Shown here one piece after another: positions 24,385 through 36,636 of a stretch of 64,000 bases of DNA. Source of the stretch: Fistulifera solaris (Eukaryota); contig AP026150.1 of NCBI GenBank assembly GCA_030295235.1, positions 62,001-126,000 on the forward strand, in the 5' to 3' direction. Below the pieces are notes generated by a model. It was not told the origin of the DNA. It made no database searches and saw only the letters and a list, made by a program, of their open reading frames with translations. The position numbers were made by a program, and so were the translations under genes. Numbering within the stretch: the first letter of the stretch is position 1; each line of letters starts with the position of its first letter.

Positions 24385-25866
24385 CTAGGTTTCACTATTC
24401 GTCTCGGACAAGGGCGGTGGTGGAGGCCATTTGCGGGATTGGCGCGTAAATTCGCGGAATTGACGGTCCTGCACTTGCGTATGGGGCCACAAATCCGGTC
24501 GACTGACACTTTGCCTCCGTATCACAGGTGCACCCTTTCTCGCCGTTTGACAGCGATTGTAAAACAAGACGTATGCGGAACTTTGATTCCGTCGAAACGC
24601 GCGTTCTTCCATGGCGTGGCAGTGCGTGTCATTGAATTCGTACCATTGTTCCGAAAATCGATTCAAGGCGTACGCGGTGTAATGTCCCGAGCCGAGTCCT
24701 CCCACGTGATTCGAGAGTGCGTATAAATCAAAGAGGGGATATTCACTGCCTTGGCTTTGGACATGTCGTGATAAGTCCCAATTCCGGACCGGATACGCAA
24801 TGGGAGCTTCATTTTTCGATCCCATGCGACCATTTTCTTTGAACTTGAATCGTTTCAAATGAACAATGAGTATTGGCGGCAGAATCCACAAATCGGTTTT
24901 TTTGGTGGCATCCCGATGTTTTTGACATTGCGAACAGTACCACTGATTTTCTCCCGACAAGGTTTCTTTGGCCAAATACAAACGGAGACAATCTTCCAAC
25001 GACCGACAATGGACCGATATGGGCAAGGACAAATACATGAATGGTTCAAAGCGAATGTTTTTGTGACGGCATTTCAAACATTGCACCTCACTCCTCAACT
25101 GCCCTTGAAAGATATCGACAATCAAGGATTTGTCCCGACATAAATAGTTCTTCCAGGCTTCAATGGCATCTTGTTCATCACTCGTTCCATCACAATCTTT
25201 ATCTTCAATGTAGGGTTTCTTTTTAATGCGATTCAAATCTTCATGAATCCCATCCAATAAAAACGAAAGAAATTCTTGTGCGTCGTGTTGATGATATCCC
25301 TTGAATTGGGGTGCAAATAGTTCCAATTGTGCCTTGAAGGCGACCGGCGCTACGGTCAATTGGCGTCCCAGCCACATGTCTTTCATCAACTGCGCGTAGG
25401 CTTTCACTAATTTCCCACCCGTCCCCAAGAAATTGTCGTGATTGATTTCGGACCGATAATCGTATCCCAAGAAATAGTCCGTCAACGGAATGGTTGCACT
25501 CAAACATTGGATACTGGAATTGAGAAAACAGGTATTTCCCAAATTGGTCAAGCCAATGACACCAATGGGCAAGTGAGAGATTCCCCGTGCCGTTTGCATT
25601 TCTTGAAATTGTGAGGCGACGGCATCGGAAACGTGATTGTAATTGCGGGCGCGTTGTGTCGGTGAATTTGGACTGGAGAGACGTGAATTGACGCGCAGGA
25701 AAGAAGGACGGAACGATCGGCGTCGTTTTAAACTAGTTGTGGCTGTAGTATTGCTTGTGGTTGTGCTGATATTGCGACTCTTGGATCGTGTACGAGGACT
25801 GTTTTGCTTCATGTCAACATCGTCTTTTATATCTTCGACATTCATTTTCGAACATGAATCGCCCAT
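24385..25866 (-). CDS. Ubiquitin-specific protease (peptidase C19)
   Basis: Cys box GLTNLGNTCFLNSSIQCL, QHDAQEF, LPPILIVHLKRF, His box NHVGGLGSGHYTAY..WYEFND. N-terminus MGDSCS. Confidence 0.95.
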   Translation of the reverse strand: MGDSCSKMNVEDIKDDVDMKQNSPRTRSKSRNISTTTSNTTATTSLKRRRSFRPSFLRVNSRLSSPNSPTQRARNYNHVSDAVASQFQEMQTARGISHLPIGVIGLTNLGNTCFLNSSIQCLSATIPLTDYFLGYDYRSEINHDNFLGTGGKLVKAYAQLMKDMWLGRQLTVAPVAFKAQLELFAPQFKGYHQHDAQEFLSFLLDGIHEDLNRIKKKPYIEDKDCDGTSDEQDAIEAWKNYLCRDKSLIVDIFQGQLRSEVQCLKCRHKNIRFEPFMYLSLPISVHCRSLEDCLRLYLAKETLSGENQWYCSQCQKHRDATKKTDLWILPPILIVHLKRFKFKENGRMGSKNEAPIAYPVRNWDLSRHVQSQGSEYPLFDLYALSNHVGGLGSGHYTAYALNRFSEQWYEFNDTHCHAMEERAFRRNQSSAYVLFYNRCQTARKGAPVIRRQSVSRPDLWPHTQVQDRQFREFTRQSRKWPPPPPLSETNSET

Positions 25867-26591
25867 ACTGATTCCTAACAGCAAGGTCCGTACAATCCTT
25901 TTTTAGAGAGAATTTGGCTTGGAAAAGAACCACAACTTACCAACCAACTAACCAACAACCAACATATTCACCGTTTTCTCGTTGGTTGTTTTATGTTTGA
26001 AGTCAACCCGAAAGATCGAAACGAAACTGTCGGCTCTTTACCAGGTACTAACTACTTCGTATCCAGCGAGGTTCGCGGTTTGCTCTTCGTACTTGTTACA
26101 GTATTGTAAAAATAAAAATATAGTGTCGGATGTAAAAGACTTGCTACTTATCCAAATATAGTAAAACAACCATTCAGTGACGTCAAACGAAAGGATCGAA
26201 ACGAAAAGGGATCCATCTTATGGAATCAATCTATTACCATGCTTTGGTAGTCTGTGCGAGGAAAGACTTGTGCGAGGGAAAGAGACGTGGAATGTGCGTG
26301 AATTATTGCAATGGAAGCAAGCCCTCCATGACACAACCTATCTCTATAGAGGACAGGATTACCTGGTATCACTGCCGCTCTCACACGAGAAGGTTCGTTC
26401 GAGCCTATTATTAAACCGAATCAATTCCATCGAGTGGTAAATCCAACACACATCTCTTCTAGATATAAAAATACGGAGTAAGTAGCTATTTTCTACATGT
26501 CAAAGAAATCTAAGATGAGTCTACACGATATCTAGTGGAACCAAAACGAACTTTTACTTTTATCATGGTTTCTTATTTTCCATTCCAATCT

Positions 26592-26822
26592 TCATAGCCC
26601 CGAAGTTTGACAAAATCGCGTATGATTCATCAGATCCTCATTAAAGCACTTTTTGGAACAATAATAGGCCTTCTTGCATTTCCCACATTGCAGCAAACGT
26701 CCTCCGACGGCACTGTTGTGCGTGTGACACAGCGTACACTGGTGGGTCGCAAAGCCCCATTTGTGTAAAAGTGCCGCATCGTCGAGGGGATGCTGTTGTT
26801 TCGCGTGGGGTAAAGGGGTCAT
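26592..26822 (-). CDS. Small zf-MYND protein (possibly the last exon of a longer gene)
   Basis: CTLC...CGKCKKAYYCSKKCFNEDLMNHTRFC. Confidence 0.65.
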   Translation of the reverse strand: MTPLPHAKQQHPLDDAALLHKWGFATHQCTLCHTHNSAVGGRLLQCGKCKKAYYCSKKCFNEDLMNHTRFCQTSGL

Positions 26823-27453
26823 TAGAAAAGACGGGTGTGGTTGGTCGTAGTTTTGGAGGGATACCTTCGTGTTCGAGAGGAATGAATCTTGATGGTCGAT
26901 GAGGAGCGGGTCGCTGGAAGGAGCGACTTGTGCACTTGAAATGACGAAAGACTAAGAAAAGGAAAAGGGTGTCGAGTTTTATGAACACACTACCAGTAAT
27001 GGATGAGAGAAAGCTTGTGCTGCTCTCTTGAGAATAATAGAAGACTGTTGCTTCTTTCGTGTAGGTCAAATGTTTACCTTGATGTTGCGATATCTGAGCA
27101 CTTTTGTACCGTACCGGGCGGTAGAGCTAACAGCTACCGCGACCAGTACTTACATAATGACCGGAAATGACCCTGGCTTGTCTCGTGGCTCGTGGCCAAC
27201 AGTTTGCGCCACACAATGACGTCGAAGTGTCCGCGGGGCGTTTTTAGTCTTGCCAGGTCTTGGGTTTTGAGTCTTGAATCTTGGAGGATGGTCTTTACGT
27301 CGTACGTGAACGACAAAAGCGAGACGAGCAACATCGCAAATCGCAACATAACGACAACAACGACAACGACACCCTAAAAACATGAACACGCTATCCGAAT
27401 ACGTTCTATGACAGTTTCTCCTCATAATTCTCAACTTCTTTCATTTCCATAAG

Positions 27454-28432
27454 ATGGATCTCTTGGATGACGCTTCTTCGACATCTTCTTCCGTAGAAAA
27501 AGTAGAAGAGAAAGAAGTGATCGACGGACGAAAAGCACGGAAATTGTTATCCTTAGCGGCTGTCTTGTCGCAATCCATTTTGGACGAATTGACACAACAA
27601 CGAGGCAATGATGATTCGTCGGACGATGATGAGCGTCCCCAAAGCAAGAGACGACCCGTTTCGAAGGACGGTATTTCCAACTTTTGGCGGAATTACAGGC
27701 AGTTCGGCCAGGAAACTATTCACTGCCCAGTAACAGCAAAGCTAAGGGAACGACGGATTTGGGTACAGCTTTTTTACAAACGAGCACAGTCATACAAAAA
27801 GGAAATACGGTACGGAATATTCATCAAGAAGAGTCTACAAGCACGAGCAACGGTGAAACAGAACTACCCATACGTGCGCCGCACGTGGTGAAACGACTTT
27901 CGACGATACGACCCGTTATCCAGGCTGCGCCTACAATTGCACCGGAAAGTACGGTAAGACCCGTTGTTTCTATAGCTCCGGCTGTCGCGATGGAAAGCAT
28001 GGTTGCCGCAGTCCCAGAAAGTAGTGCAGAATCTGTGACTGAACCGCATCACACCGAATCCACACAAACCAACGACGACACCAATCGCAAACGCTCGCGG
28101 CGAGACATGGAAAAAGCTTTGCGAAAAGGGGACTTTCAAACACTCCAAGTCACACATTACGTCGAACAAGCCAATCCCGACGCTTACGTTCCGGATCCCG
28201 AAACGTATGCGGTCCCCCTAACACGGCATCAAAGTTGTCCCTACGGCCATGTACGATCCCAAAGCGGGCACGGCGACGAATTTGGCAGCCGGCAAAGGAC
28301 GTGGGAAGAATCAAATTCATCATTTAATGGCGTCGGCGGCAAATTTGGAATTGCAACGTGCCAGGGGGGATGGCGGGGACATCGAATGCGTCGAGTCATC
28401 GGGCCAATGCCAAGCAAAAGTACGGTTGGTAA
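27454..28432 (+). CDS. PRCC-like (proline-rich mitotic checkpoint/splicing factor) protein
   Basis: N-terminal MDLLDDASS. C-terminal GKGRGKNQIHHLMASAANLELQR...NAKQKYGW* is the PRCC C-terminal signature. Frameshifted. Confidence 0.7.
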
Positions 28433-28752
28433 GCTGTTTTTCTATGTTTAAACTAGTAAATATTCTTTTTCTGTGTAGAGGTTTGTATAAATATCACCTT
28501 GACGCTATACATTTAGAGTTATTGGCTTTGGTTGCCCAGCGCACATTCCTAATACTTCAAATAAAATTTAGTATTGGTGGACATAGTGATCTAAAATGTT
28601 TAAATTGTAGTGAAACTTTCGACGATGAAAAAAAGTCGAGTGGCTTGTATAATGGTACAATGGTACGGTGGCAGTAGGTCTCAAGCAAAAGAACAAGAAA
28701 GTCGAAGCTTCCTCGTGCCCCAAAAGGAGGTGCGGTGGATTTTTCTTTTCCA

Positions 28753-28977
28753 TCACTCGTAAACTTCGGAAGAATAGTGCGAGCTTTCTACGGAGGCTGT
28801 GCGGACCGAAGAATCATTTTCGAGCAAAGGATGCGGGTGCGCTTGTCGATAACTTCGAATAGGTCCACCGGTCTCTCGTGCCTCTTTCAGCGCTTGCTTT
28901 GTGAGTAAATGAATGCTATCGTCCAACTGGTCAAAGTGGGCGACCGCCGCGGAGGATTTGGATGCTTGACAACCCAT
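28753..28977 (-). CDS. 74-aa MGC-initiated (putatively dually acylated) microprotein
   Basis: MGCQASK...DDSIH...PHPLL. Paralogue at 33870-34108. Confidence 0.65.
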   Translation of the reverse strand: MGCQASKSSAAVAHFDQLDDSIHLLTKQALKEARETGGPIRSYRQAHPHPLLENDSSVRTASVESSHYSSEVYE

Positions 28978-29936
28978 TCTTAATTTTATTGTGGATTTGA
29001 TTGCAAAGAATTTGCGATGCGTTGATTGATTTGTCTTGCACTTTTTGAATGAGAAGTGAAATTATCATGAAAAGCTAATCTTTCGTCGACAGGTTTTGCA
29101 ATGCTTGTTCTCTCTTCTCTGCTCTATGCAGGATTTTTTCTGCCCAAGCAGAATCAACGACGCCACCATTTCTATGAATTAATAGTACAAAGGACGTGCG
29201 ACGTGCTCGCTTTTGTCACGTATTGTCATAGACAATTATTGTGCAATCTGCTATCAATTATCAATTCCGCAGGGACTCTTGCTTCAAACAGTAGGTTAGT
29301 GACACCTGGATCCTCTTTTCTCTTGTTCCCTCAGCTGTTCATTTAACTGTACAGAAAGTAAACTTAAACCTTTCCTGTCGTAATATAAATTTAATTAGAA
29401 CCTTATATATATTCAATCATAAAGTAAAAAGGAATTGCCCCGTCCAGATGAGAGACGAAGGAACATAAAATGCACAAACACTTAAACAACTGTTTTACTG
29501 TAATCTTTCTTCACATGCTTTAAAGTTCCGGAACTTTTGATTTTGACTTGCTGAACGTTGAACGTTGAACGTTGAACATCTAAGATTTCTGTAGACTTAT
29601 TGCAGCGTTTCCCAGAGACAGGGATTTAACAAGTAGACATCGGCGATTGGCGAATGACGAACGTCCAAAGAGTTTTTTCGCTGGTGTGAGAGAAACTTTG
29701 AAACGCGAAAACCTTACTCACTTCAAACAGAGTGAGTCACGAATCACGAATATCATGAACGACGGATTTTGGAATCCTGCGCAGCAAAATATTTCCGTTT
29801 CAGATTCGCAAACAGAGCCATTCGAAAGCAACGAAGATGCAAAGGGAAGCCAAGGACATCCGGTTCATGTATTTGCCTCATCATCAATTGAATATTAAGA
29901 AGTCATCACCTCTTGTTTGAGAAGAGAGGAAATGCG

Positions 29937-30296
29937 ATGGACTTTGGATCAGTGATAGCATTTGGCGCTGTTTGCATTGTGGTGATACCGGTTCTTCTGC
30001 TTTTGGTCGATTTGACAGCTACATCAGTGGAATTGAATCAGAAGGAGATGGCGATAGATTCTAATACTATTGAAGACAAGAAAAAAAGACACCACGGAAA
30101 AGAAGAGCCCGTCGAGACAATTGAAGAAACGACAGACAGTGCCGTCCACACCATAGACACCCCAAATAATGGATGGCGATGCGCTTGTGAAGGCGGATTC
30201 CTGCCGCCCGGGTTTGTTGCAAAATCTTTCGGGAGCCGAAGCGGTGCTGCGAATGAGCGCAGGTCGCTGTTACCACAAAAAGAACGTCTGATGTAA
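29937..30296 (+). CDS. Small single-TM hypothetical protein
   Basis: Hydrophobic N-terminal helix and WRCACEGGFLPPG motif. Likely frameshift near 30210. Confidence 0.5.
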   Translation: MDFGSVIAFGAVCIVVIPVLLLLVDLTATSVELNQKEMAIDSNTIEDKKKRHHGKEEPVETIEETTDSAVHTIDTPNNGWRCACEGGFLPPGFVAKSFGSRSGAANERRSLLPQKERLM

Positions 30297-30867
30297 AGCG
30301 CCTACCTTCCTCTATGGGCTTTGCAGTTGTTCAGGCTTGAATGGATTTCTTCATAATATATCCATGGGAGAGGAAGAGGCTGTGTGCTCGTGACCCGCGT
30401 CCGAAAAAATCGAACTCGAAGGTATGATTATTTGGCGTACTTAGAGCATTCACTATAAGTAGAAAGAAGAACTCGTGAATGAAGTACTTACCCCACCGGT
30501 ACTCAAAATGCCGTCACTATATTCGGATTTGGCAGATAGGGGTGGTAAGAACTTTTGCTTTTTGGAAATTGGCAGCAAGACTCGCCTACCTCCCAAAAAA
30601 ATAGAGTTGTTACCCGCTTTCGGATTTAGGAAACAAACGCCCGACTCACTTGCTCTACGCAATTTCTACGTCGTTTTTGTACTGATTCAGTTTCCCTCCA
30701 ACGTTTGAAAATCAAAACTATCAAAACTCTCCGTTGAAAGAATTTCACCCTCGTAAACATTGTGCTTCCCTCCTTCCGAGTTTCCTAAACACATCTGTTT
30801 GAAATACTTTTCTCGTTTGTGATGTTTTACTATTCTTATTTCTCGTGACTTCTGTTGCCTTCTCGAA

Positions 30868-31428
30868 TTGTTTGGATATTCTCGAACAGTTGCCTCAGTT
30901 CGCCCCGAAGTACAGAGTGATATTGATCATTCGTTGGTAAATGGAAGGGTTTATTCGTCGGTTAAAACTCTTCGCCCTATGGGATCAAAGGTTGCTAAGC
31001 GAGAAAAGGAGGAAAGCATGAAAGCCGAGGCAATGGCAGCAAAGAAGCTCAAAGTTCTTGAGAGTCTTGCTGATTCTGGTCGTATTCTTGCCTTTGCATT
31101 TCAGAGCGAGACATTTACCAACCTGGCTGCTGTTTTCGAGCAACGCGGTGAGAAAAGCCAGGCTCAGGCTTTTCTTAAGAAGGCTGTCGCTCTTGCAAAT
31201 GGAGTTCCTGGTACCGACATGTCTGTTCCCTTGGTGTCGTCCGACAACGAGAATTCTCCTAATGCGACCGAGAAAGACGCAGTCCCACAGAACATTGAGA
31301 TTCGCCGCTCCTGCGAGAAATCCATTACCTGCGATGAATCCGACTTCGATCTTCTCGAAGTCGTAGGACGTACCAACGACAACAACAACAAAAACGACAA
31401 CAACGACACCGACAAGAGTAATGAGTGA
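30868..31428 (+). pseudogene. Harbinger ORF1 (Myb/SANT-type DNA-binding protein) C-terminal fragment
   Basis: RPMGSKVAKREK is typical of the NAM-associated C-terminal region of Harbinger ORF1. Lies inside the TIRs. Confidence 0.55.
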
Positions 31429-31509
31429 AGAGGCTCCAGCATTAGGTCGCACACTTAGATTTTAGGATAAATTTAGTAGGTTTTAATTATTAATATTTCA
31501 TGTTATCAT

Positions 31510-32176
31510 CTACTTTTTGAACTTTGACATAATTGCTCTGTATAGGCGCATATGCTCTTCAAGATTTACCAACTCATGCCATCTCCCACTAATTGCTGGT
31601 AGAGAAGCTTCAGATTCCAAACCTACTGACGGGATCTTCTGCTGCATTCAATTGCGCATCTTGCACCAATTGCATCCAGGTTATGAAGCTCAATTGGTTT
31701 TTTAATGAATTGAAAGCTGCGCTGAAGAACACCGAACGCTCGCTCAATGTCTTTACGCCTTCCTGTCAAGAGGTGTATCGTTTTTCTAAATCGTTTGTCG
31801 GTTCCTTTATGCCTTTCACCTAAACGACTCCAGAATTCATAAAGTCTTCCATTATGCGTTGGAATCGGGCCGGGAGAAATGCGAACATGTTATAAAACTG
31901 TTTGTCGTTGAACCTTGGCTGGGGACCAAAGTAATCAGTAAGGATGCGCTGCAAAGCAGCAGCGTGATTGTAAGAGTTGGCGCTTGGGCCTTGGGTGTTT
32001 CTTGTGACGATGCTTGCGGGCGACAGGGTCGGTTTCGGGCAAAGTGTCCTCCATTTCATCGGATAAAATTTTTGACGATGCTTCCAGAAAATAGTGCGCA
32101 GCAGCAGCAGCCTTTGCCGCTGCTTGCTGCGAGTGATGCGCTGCAGTATTTCAGCTTCGGCAGCTGAAGCCTCCAT
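31510..32176 (-). pseudogene. Harbinger transposase remnant (central region deleted)
   Basis: N-terminal NHAAALQRILTDYFGPQPRFNDKQF...RFQRI is joined at about 31825 to VKGIKEP...Y..*QEG..KDIERAFGVLQ..F and C-terminal RWHELVNLEEHMRLYRAI. Stops and frameshifts present. Confidence 0.8.
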
Positions 32177-32703
32177 GATAAAGGATGAAATGATGAACAG
32201 GAATGTGATTTGAGTTGAACGAGAAATTACGCCAAAAACGAAAATGTCGAGGGGACTCGATCGAACAAGACTGAATCGGAATTATCTGCCACACGGCATT
32301 CACTACTACATTGGTAGCAAGACTGGTTATGAGTACAAAAAAATTGGCAACTGGCAGACAGATTCAGTTGTTGCCATTTCCGGATGTAGTGACTGCTCTT
32401 AGTACCAGTACTTGGAGGACCTTAAATGGTACATCATTGCCGTTTTATCGAAACTCATCCAGATGAGCAAAAGAGTACCAGTGCGTCGTCCGTCATGCAG
32501 CGGTGAGACAATCAAATAAATGAGAACAGGTCGATGATGGATTTTTAAAACGCGACAAAAATTCGAAATGGTGGAGCGAAAAAGATTCTTTTCTCGTTAC
32601 TTCTGGATCGATCGAGTCATCGAGTCCTTGCAGTGATTTTGATAATAGGTCCGCATTCTTTACAGTTTGAAACGAGACGCTTTCCTAGAAACACCAATAA
32701 ATA

Positions 32704-33414
32704 ATGAAGATGATCGGAGACAACGGCAACTCACTGGAGCAATTCGCTCCCGACGCAGCGTCGCTCTTCAACAATATGAAAACACCGGCATCCATTATTG
32801 GCGGTGCGTTGGTTTCTTTGGCCATTGCTGGTCCTTTACCGCTGGAGGGTTCGTCGCGTGAAAGCCGTTCGCTGAAAATGGCTCGAGCTTTGTACAACGT
32901 GATTGGTGTGCTCAGCTTCAGTTCGGAATTGTTGGTTGTCATTTGGGCGACGGTCGCGTCGAATAAACTGGTAGAGACGCATGTGGAGCCAGCGCAAAGT
33001 GTCTGGCATCTGATTGAACGCGATTACAATCTCGAATGGTCGGCGACGAATGCCCATTTCGTTGCCGGCATGTTGGGATTCTTGGTGCTGGTAGCCCTTC
33101 GCATGTTCTTCCACGCTGATGGCGGCTTGTTGGGAATGGGAATCGCGGGTATTCCGCTATCTGCACTTTTGTTAATGATTTCCGTGATCAACCGAGGTGT
33201 TGCCCGAGGTTCCGGCGATGGCCATCGTTATGGTACGAATATTGGGTCACTGTTTACGACTTATGTGTCTTTGTTGACTCAGCGAGCGTGCAACAAGTCC
33301 TGCGTTGGATACTTGGAAGTGGGGTCCATTGTGTTGCTGTTGACGAGTATGGCGGCAACTTGCAAGGGCGTTGCCGAACGATATCATCTTGGCGAATCAA
33401 AAAAGACCCACTAA
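32704..33414 (+). CDS. Hypothetical multi-pass membrane protein
   Basis: Intact 236-aa ORF with about five hydrophobic helices. May have an upstream exon. Confidence 0.7.
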   Translation: MKMIGDNGNSLEQFAPDAASLFNNMKTPASIIGGALVSLAIAGPLPLEGSSRESRSLKMARALYNVIGVLSFSSELLVVIWATVASNKLVETHVEPAQSVWHLIERDYNLEWSATNAHFVAGMLGFLVLVALRMFFHADGGLLGMGIAGIPLSALLLMISVINRGVARGSGDGHRYGTNIGSLFTTYVSLLTQRACNKSCVGYLEVGSIVLLLTSMAATCKGVAERYHLGESKKTH

Positions 33415-33869
33415 AACGAATACAGATGGTCGAGTACGAGATCATCAAGTGCCTGGGCTGTTCAACTTCTAAACCAATTGGTCACTTCACATCAAAAAGA
33501 CGCGTTTCTGTCGAGAGTTTAAAGACTAGAAGAGCCTTAGATTATTAAATGCTCACGACTCACGACTCCTCCGCAGCTGGCGGAACAAAAAGAATCAACC
33601 TGACCGGCAATAGAATCTCAGAGTACCGCTTTCGTACACTGGGACCTACAGTAGTGACTCCAGCCAGTACTAGTTGCTCGGAGTTGACACCGGCATTCCA
33701 GACGCGAGACGCGAAGCTGGTCTGGTCGTTGTTTTGTGTCAATCAATCCGTTGTTCTCGTCATCATTAATTAGAACAAGATGAACATCGCAATAAACGAA
33801 AAGGCTTGACGAAACCTACCACATCTTTGTTTTGTCGACACGGATCGTTTTAACTATTGCCATAAGAAA

Positions 33870-34108
33870 ATGGGCTGCAATAGCTCTCGAGCTGCAGAAT
33901 TTCACGCCGAGTGCGTGGACGACAGCATCCATGCCATGCTGGCAAGAGAATTACGAAAAGCACAACAAAAGGGCAGAAGGTGTGCGGTTACAGACCAGCG
34001 CAACCGCATCCGCTTCTTCAAAAACCACCAGTGACGTGCACAGAAGACGATGACGATGATGAAGTCCAAACAACTCTTTGTTCGGTCAGCGGTAGCATAA
34101 CTGCCTAA
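33870..34108 (+). CDS. MGC-initiated microprotein, paralogue of 28753-28977
   Basis: MGCNSSRAAEFHAECVDDSIHAMLARELRKAQQK, then an indel, then GQKVCGYRPAQPHPLLQK. Confidence 0.6.
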
Positions 34109-35594
34109 AGACGGCACGTCGCCTGCTAGCGATCGAGTTCAGTGCATTAATCTTTGTTTCATTCTGTAAATCCCATAATGATAGAGAAAGTCTTTGACAT
34201 TTTAATGTCAACGGTGTCACCGCCATGGTCGATGGTCGTGTGTGACTGTGTGACGTTTATAGATTTCTTTGTAAAGTACTTTTCAACTGATACTATTTCG
34301 ACCCTTTCCTTTTGGTGTTACGTACTACGTACCTGGTAGTACTTGTAAGTGTAAGCGCATGCGCTACGAAAATGCAATTGCAATTTCGCTCCCTTGAACC
34401 GGTATGACTTTCATTCTCAAAAACTGGTACTAAATACTAAAGAACTAGGTAAACTGGTGCGGAACTCGGTAACTTTTCCGATGTTCGTCCACCATGGTGC
34501 CCTTTGGCTCTCAACTTTGTATTACTTCCTAACAATTGAGATCGACAAGAAGACCTAATCGGCCTTTGAATCATTCTTTAATCATAATCCATATCGCAGT
34601 TTTTCTGTCTTCTGTTCGTTGCTCTGTTAATTCAATTGAAGGCAACGTCCAAGAAAAAAACTACACTTCTTCCACAACAGCTAGTTGAATTGCCTTTTGA
34701 TGGCGATGGCCGACCTATAAATGGTTATCCAGCGTGAATTCTGTCGACGTCGAGCAGCATTGTGTTTGATGAATTGAAAAAGGATATCCGCCACACTAAA
34801 ATTCGAACCTGGTTTCTCGCATTCGCTCAAAATTATCGCTTCCAATCGTCGAACCGAAGACAGATTTGACATTAACAGGCTGAAAAATGCAGACTATTCA
34901 AGATTATTCAAAAGAATGAAGGGAAGAGATACTTGTCGTTTCAAGTCTTTTGTCCGGGACAACTTCCTTCCTGTTTGGACAGAAAAGTAGAGGCGGGCTC
35001 ACGAAGCAGGAAGAGAAGACGCTTCACGAGGCCATTTCCATCGCACGTCTGCGCCCATTTGTGACTTAAGCATGAGAATTGATTGGATCTATGACATTCC
35101 TAAACAAGCGAATGGGATGCAATGAAATGCATTCTTGTTGATTGACTTGCTTTCGTCGCTTGCGCCCCGTGAGCAAGTGGGAAATGGAATGTTGCGATCG
35201 TCGTCTTGCGTGACTGTTAATTCGACTGATATCATACCGGTACCGATACGATAGTGCAACTCAAATGGAATTCCAAATTCCATTGATTTGATTATTTTTC
35301 GAAGTTCCGCTTGCAACTTGCAACACGCACTTCAACTCTCAAAAACACGAATGCCATGCAGCTGTCCGAAACGAGACAACACACAAAATAAAGCAAACGA
35401 AACATTTAAAAAAATTCAAAGAAACACGCGCTAAAGTCTCTTCTTCTAATACCGAAGTCAACGGGCGAGTCACGGCAATCAATCGTTTTTGTAGAGGCAA
35501 ACGAAAAAGGCAGCGTCGAGACTGCACTTATCTCTTGTAGACTTCTCTGTGGCAAACTCGGAAAATCCATACTACACCCAATTAACAGCCGAGA

Positions 35595-36138
35595 ATGAGG
35601 ATGATGATTCAATCGCTTTTGCTACTTTTTTTGCTCGCTGGGCTTCCTTTCGCATGCAGCGTCCTATTACCATCGAGAGTTGAGCGCCACGATGGAAATC
35701 TTGACGAATGACACGGATTCGGAAAGTATTAAGAACGAAAAGGACACGGTAGCCAACACCAATTCCACCGAAACCAGTCCAAGTAAGAAACCTAAGGCTG
35801 CAACGATCGTAGCGAATGAAGACGACGCCAAGTCATCGAAAAAGCCTATTAACAGTTCGACCGCCGTCATCCCCGGACAACAGGAAACAAACTATGTCAA
35901 CACTTCCATTTCGCAGTGGGATATTACCAACAAATCCATGATCTCTATGAATGAGTCTGTTTCAGAAAATAGTGGCTTTCTTCCCAAAGAACGACCACAA
36001 TCGACGGGATGGCTGCAGTCGTGTTTGGGGATTTTTCTGGGCTTGGCAGTCATTCTCTTTGGTCTTACGGCGCATCAGAAATACCGAAAGCGCCGGCATT
36101 ATGAGAATGCTCCCGAAATGCAAACTCTCGTGGTGTGA
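35595..36138 (+). CDS. Small type-I membrane protein with S/T-rich ectodomain
   Basis: Signal peptide MRMMIQSLLLLFLLAG (indel near 35665), low-complexity S/T/N region, TM helix, basic stop-transfer and cytosolic YENAPEM. Confidence 0.6.
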
Positions 36139-36393
36139 TGACAGGCCTTTGCTACGCTTTTTTATAATCTATTCCGCATGCAATACCTTAAACAGCACTA
36201 ACAGGATCTCCTCCATTTTCCTCTTCGCTTTGCTGAAATTATACGAAATAAACTGCACTAGTTATATTAGTGATCGTTGTTGGTATAAACGATATGATCC
36301 AAAAGAAAAAAGATCGATAGCACGTGTTCAATTGATATAATTAACAGAATGTTCTATGTGACTTCACAGCGCGTTTCATAGGGGATTGCGTTC

Positions 36394-36636
36394 CTATTGC
36401 AGCGGAGTGCACGAATCTTTCGAAGATGAAGCATTTACATGATTGCAAGTATCATCGAAGCCGTCCTTGATCAGTTCCAAAGCCTCATCAAGCACACCGA
36501 TTAACAGACGACGGCGCTGACTGATGTCACGCGTATGGGACGGCACTCGGGGTGATGTGCCTTCCGCTGAAGTGCGATGCCGATCGGCGAATGAATTAGG
36601 CGTCGCGGACGGAATGGGGATACTCTTGAGATCCAT
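36394..36636 (-). CDS. 80-aa microprotein with RR..I..LDEAL.L motif
   Basis: ATG at 36636. SQRRRLLIGVLDEALELIKD. Paralogous motif in 37412-37651. Confidence 0.5.
   Translation of the reverse strand: MDLKSIPIPSATPNSFADRHRTSAEGTSPRVPSHTRDISQRRRLLIGVLDEALELIKDGFDDTCNHVNASSSKDSCTPLQ

Larger units (their letters stand above)
30444..32398. mobile_element. Internally deleted PIF/Harbinger DNA transposon
   Basis: TIRs GAGCATTCACTA (30444) and TAGTGACTGCTC (ends 32398). TTA TSD at 30441-30443 and 32399-32401. Two convergent relic ORFs. Confidence 0.85.

Noticed and set aside
29552..29577. (TGAACGT)x3 short tandem repeat as a heat-shock element
   Set aside because: It does not match alternating nGAAn/nTTCn spacing, and slippage explains it.
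34681..35316. Short ORFs 34681-34872 and 35089-35316 as genes
   Set aside because: No motif, paralogue or other support is visible in the window.
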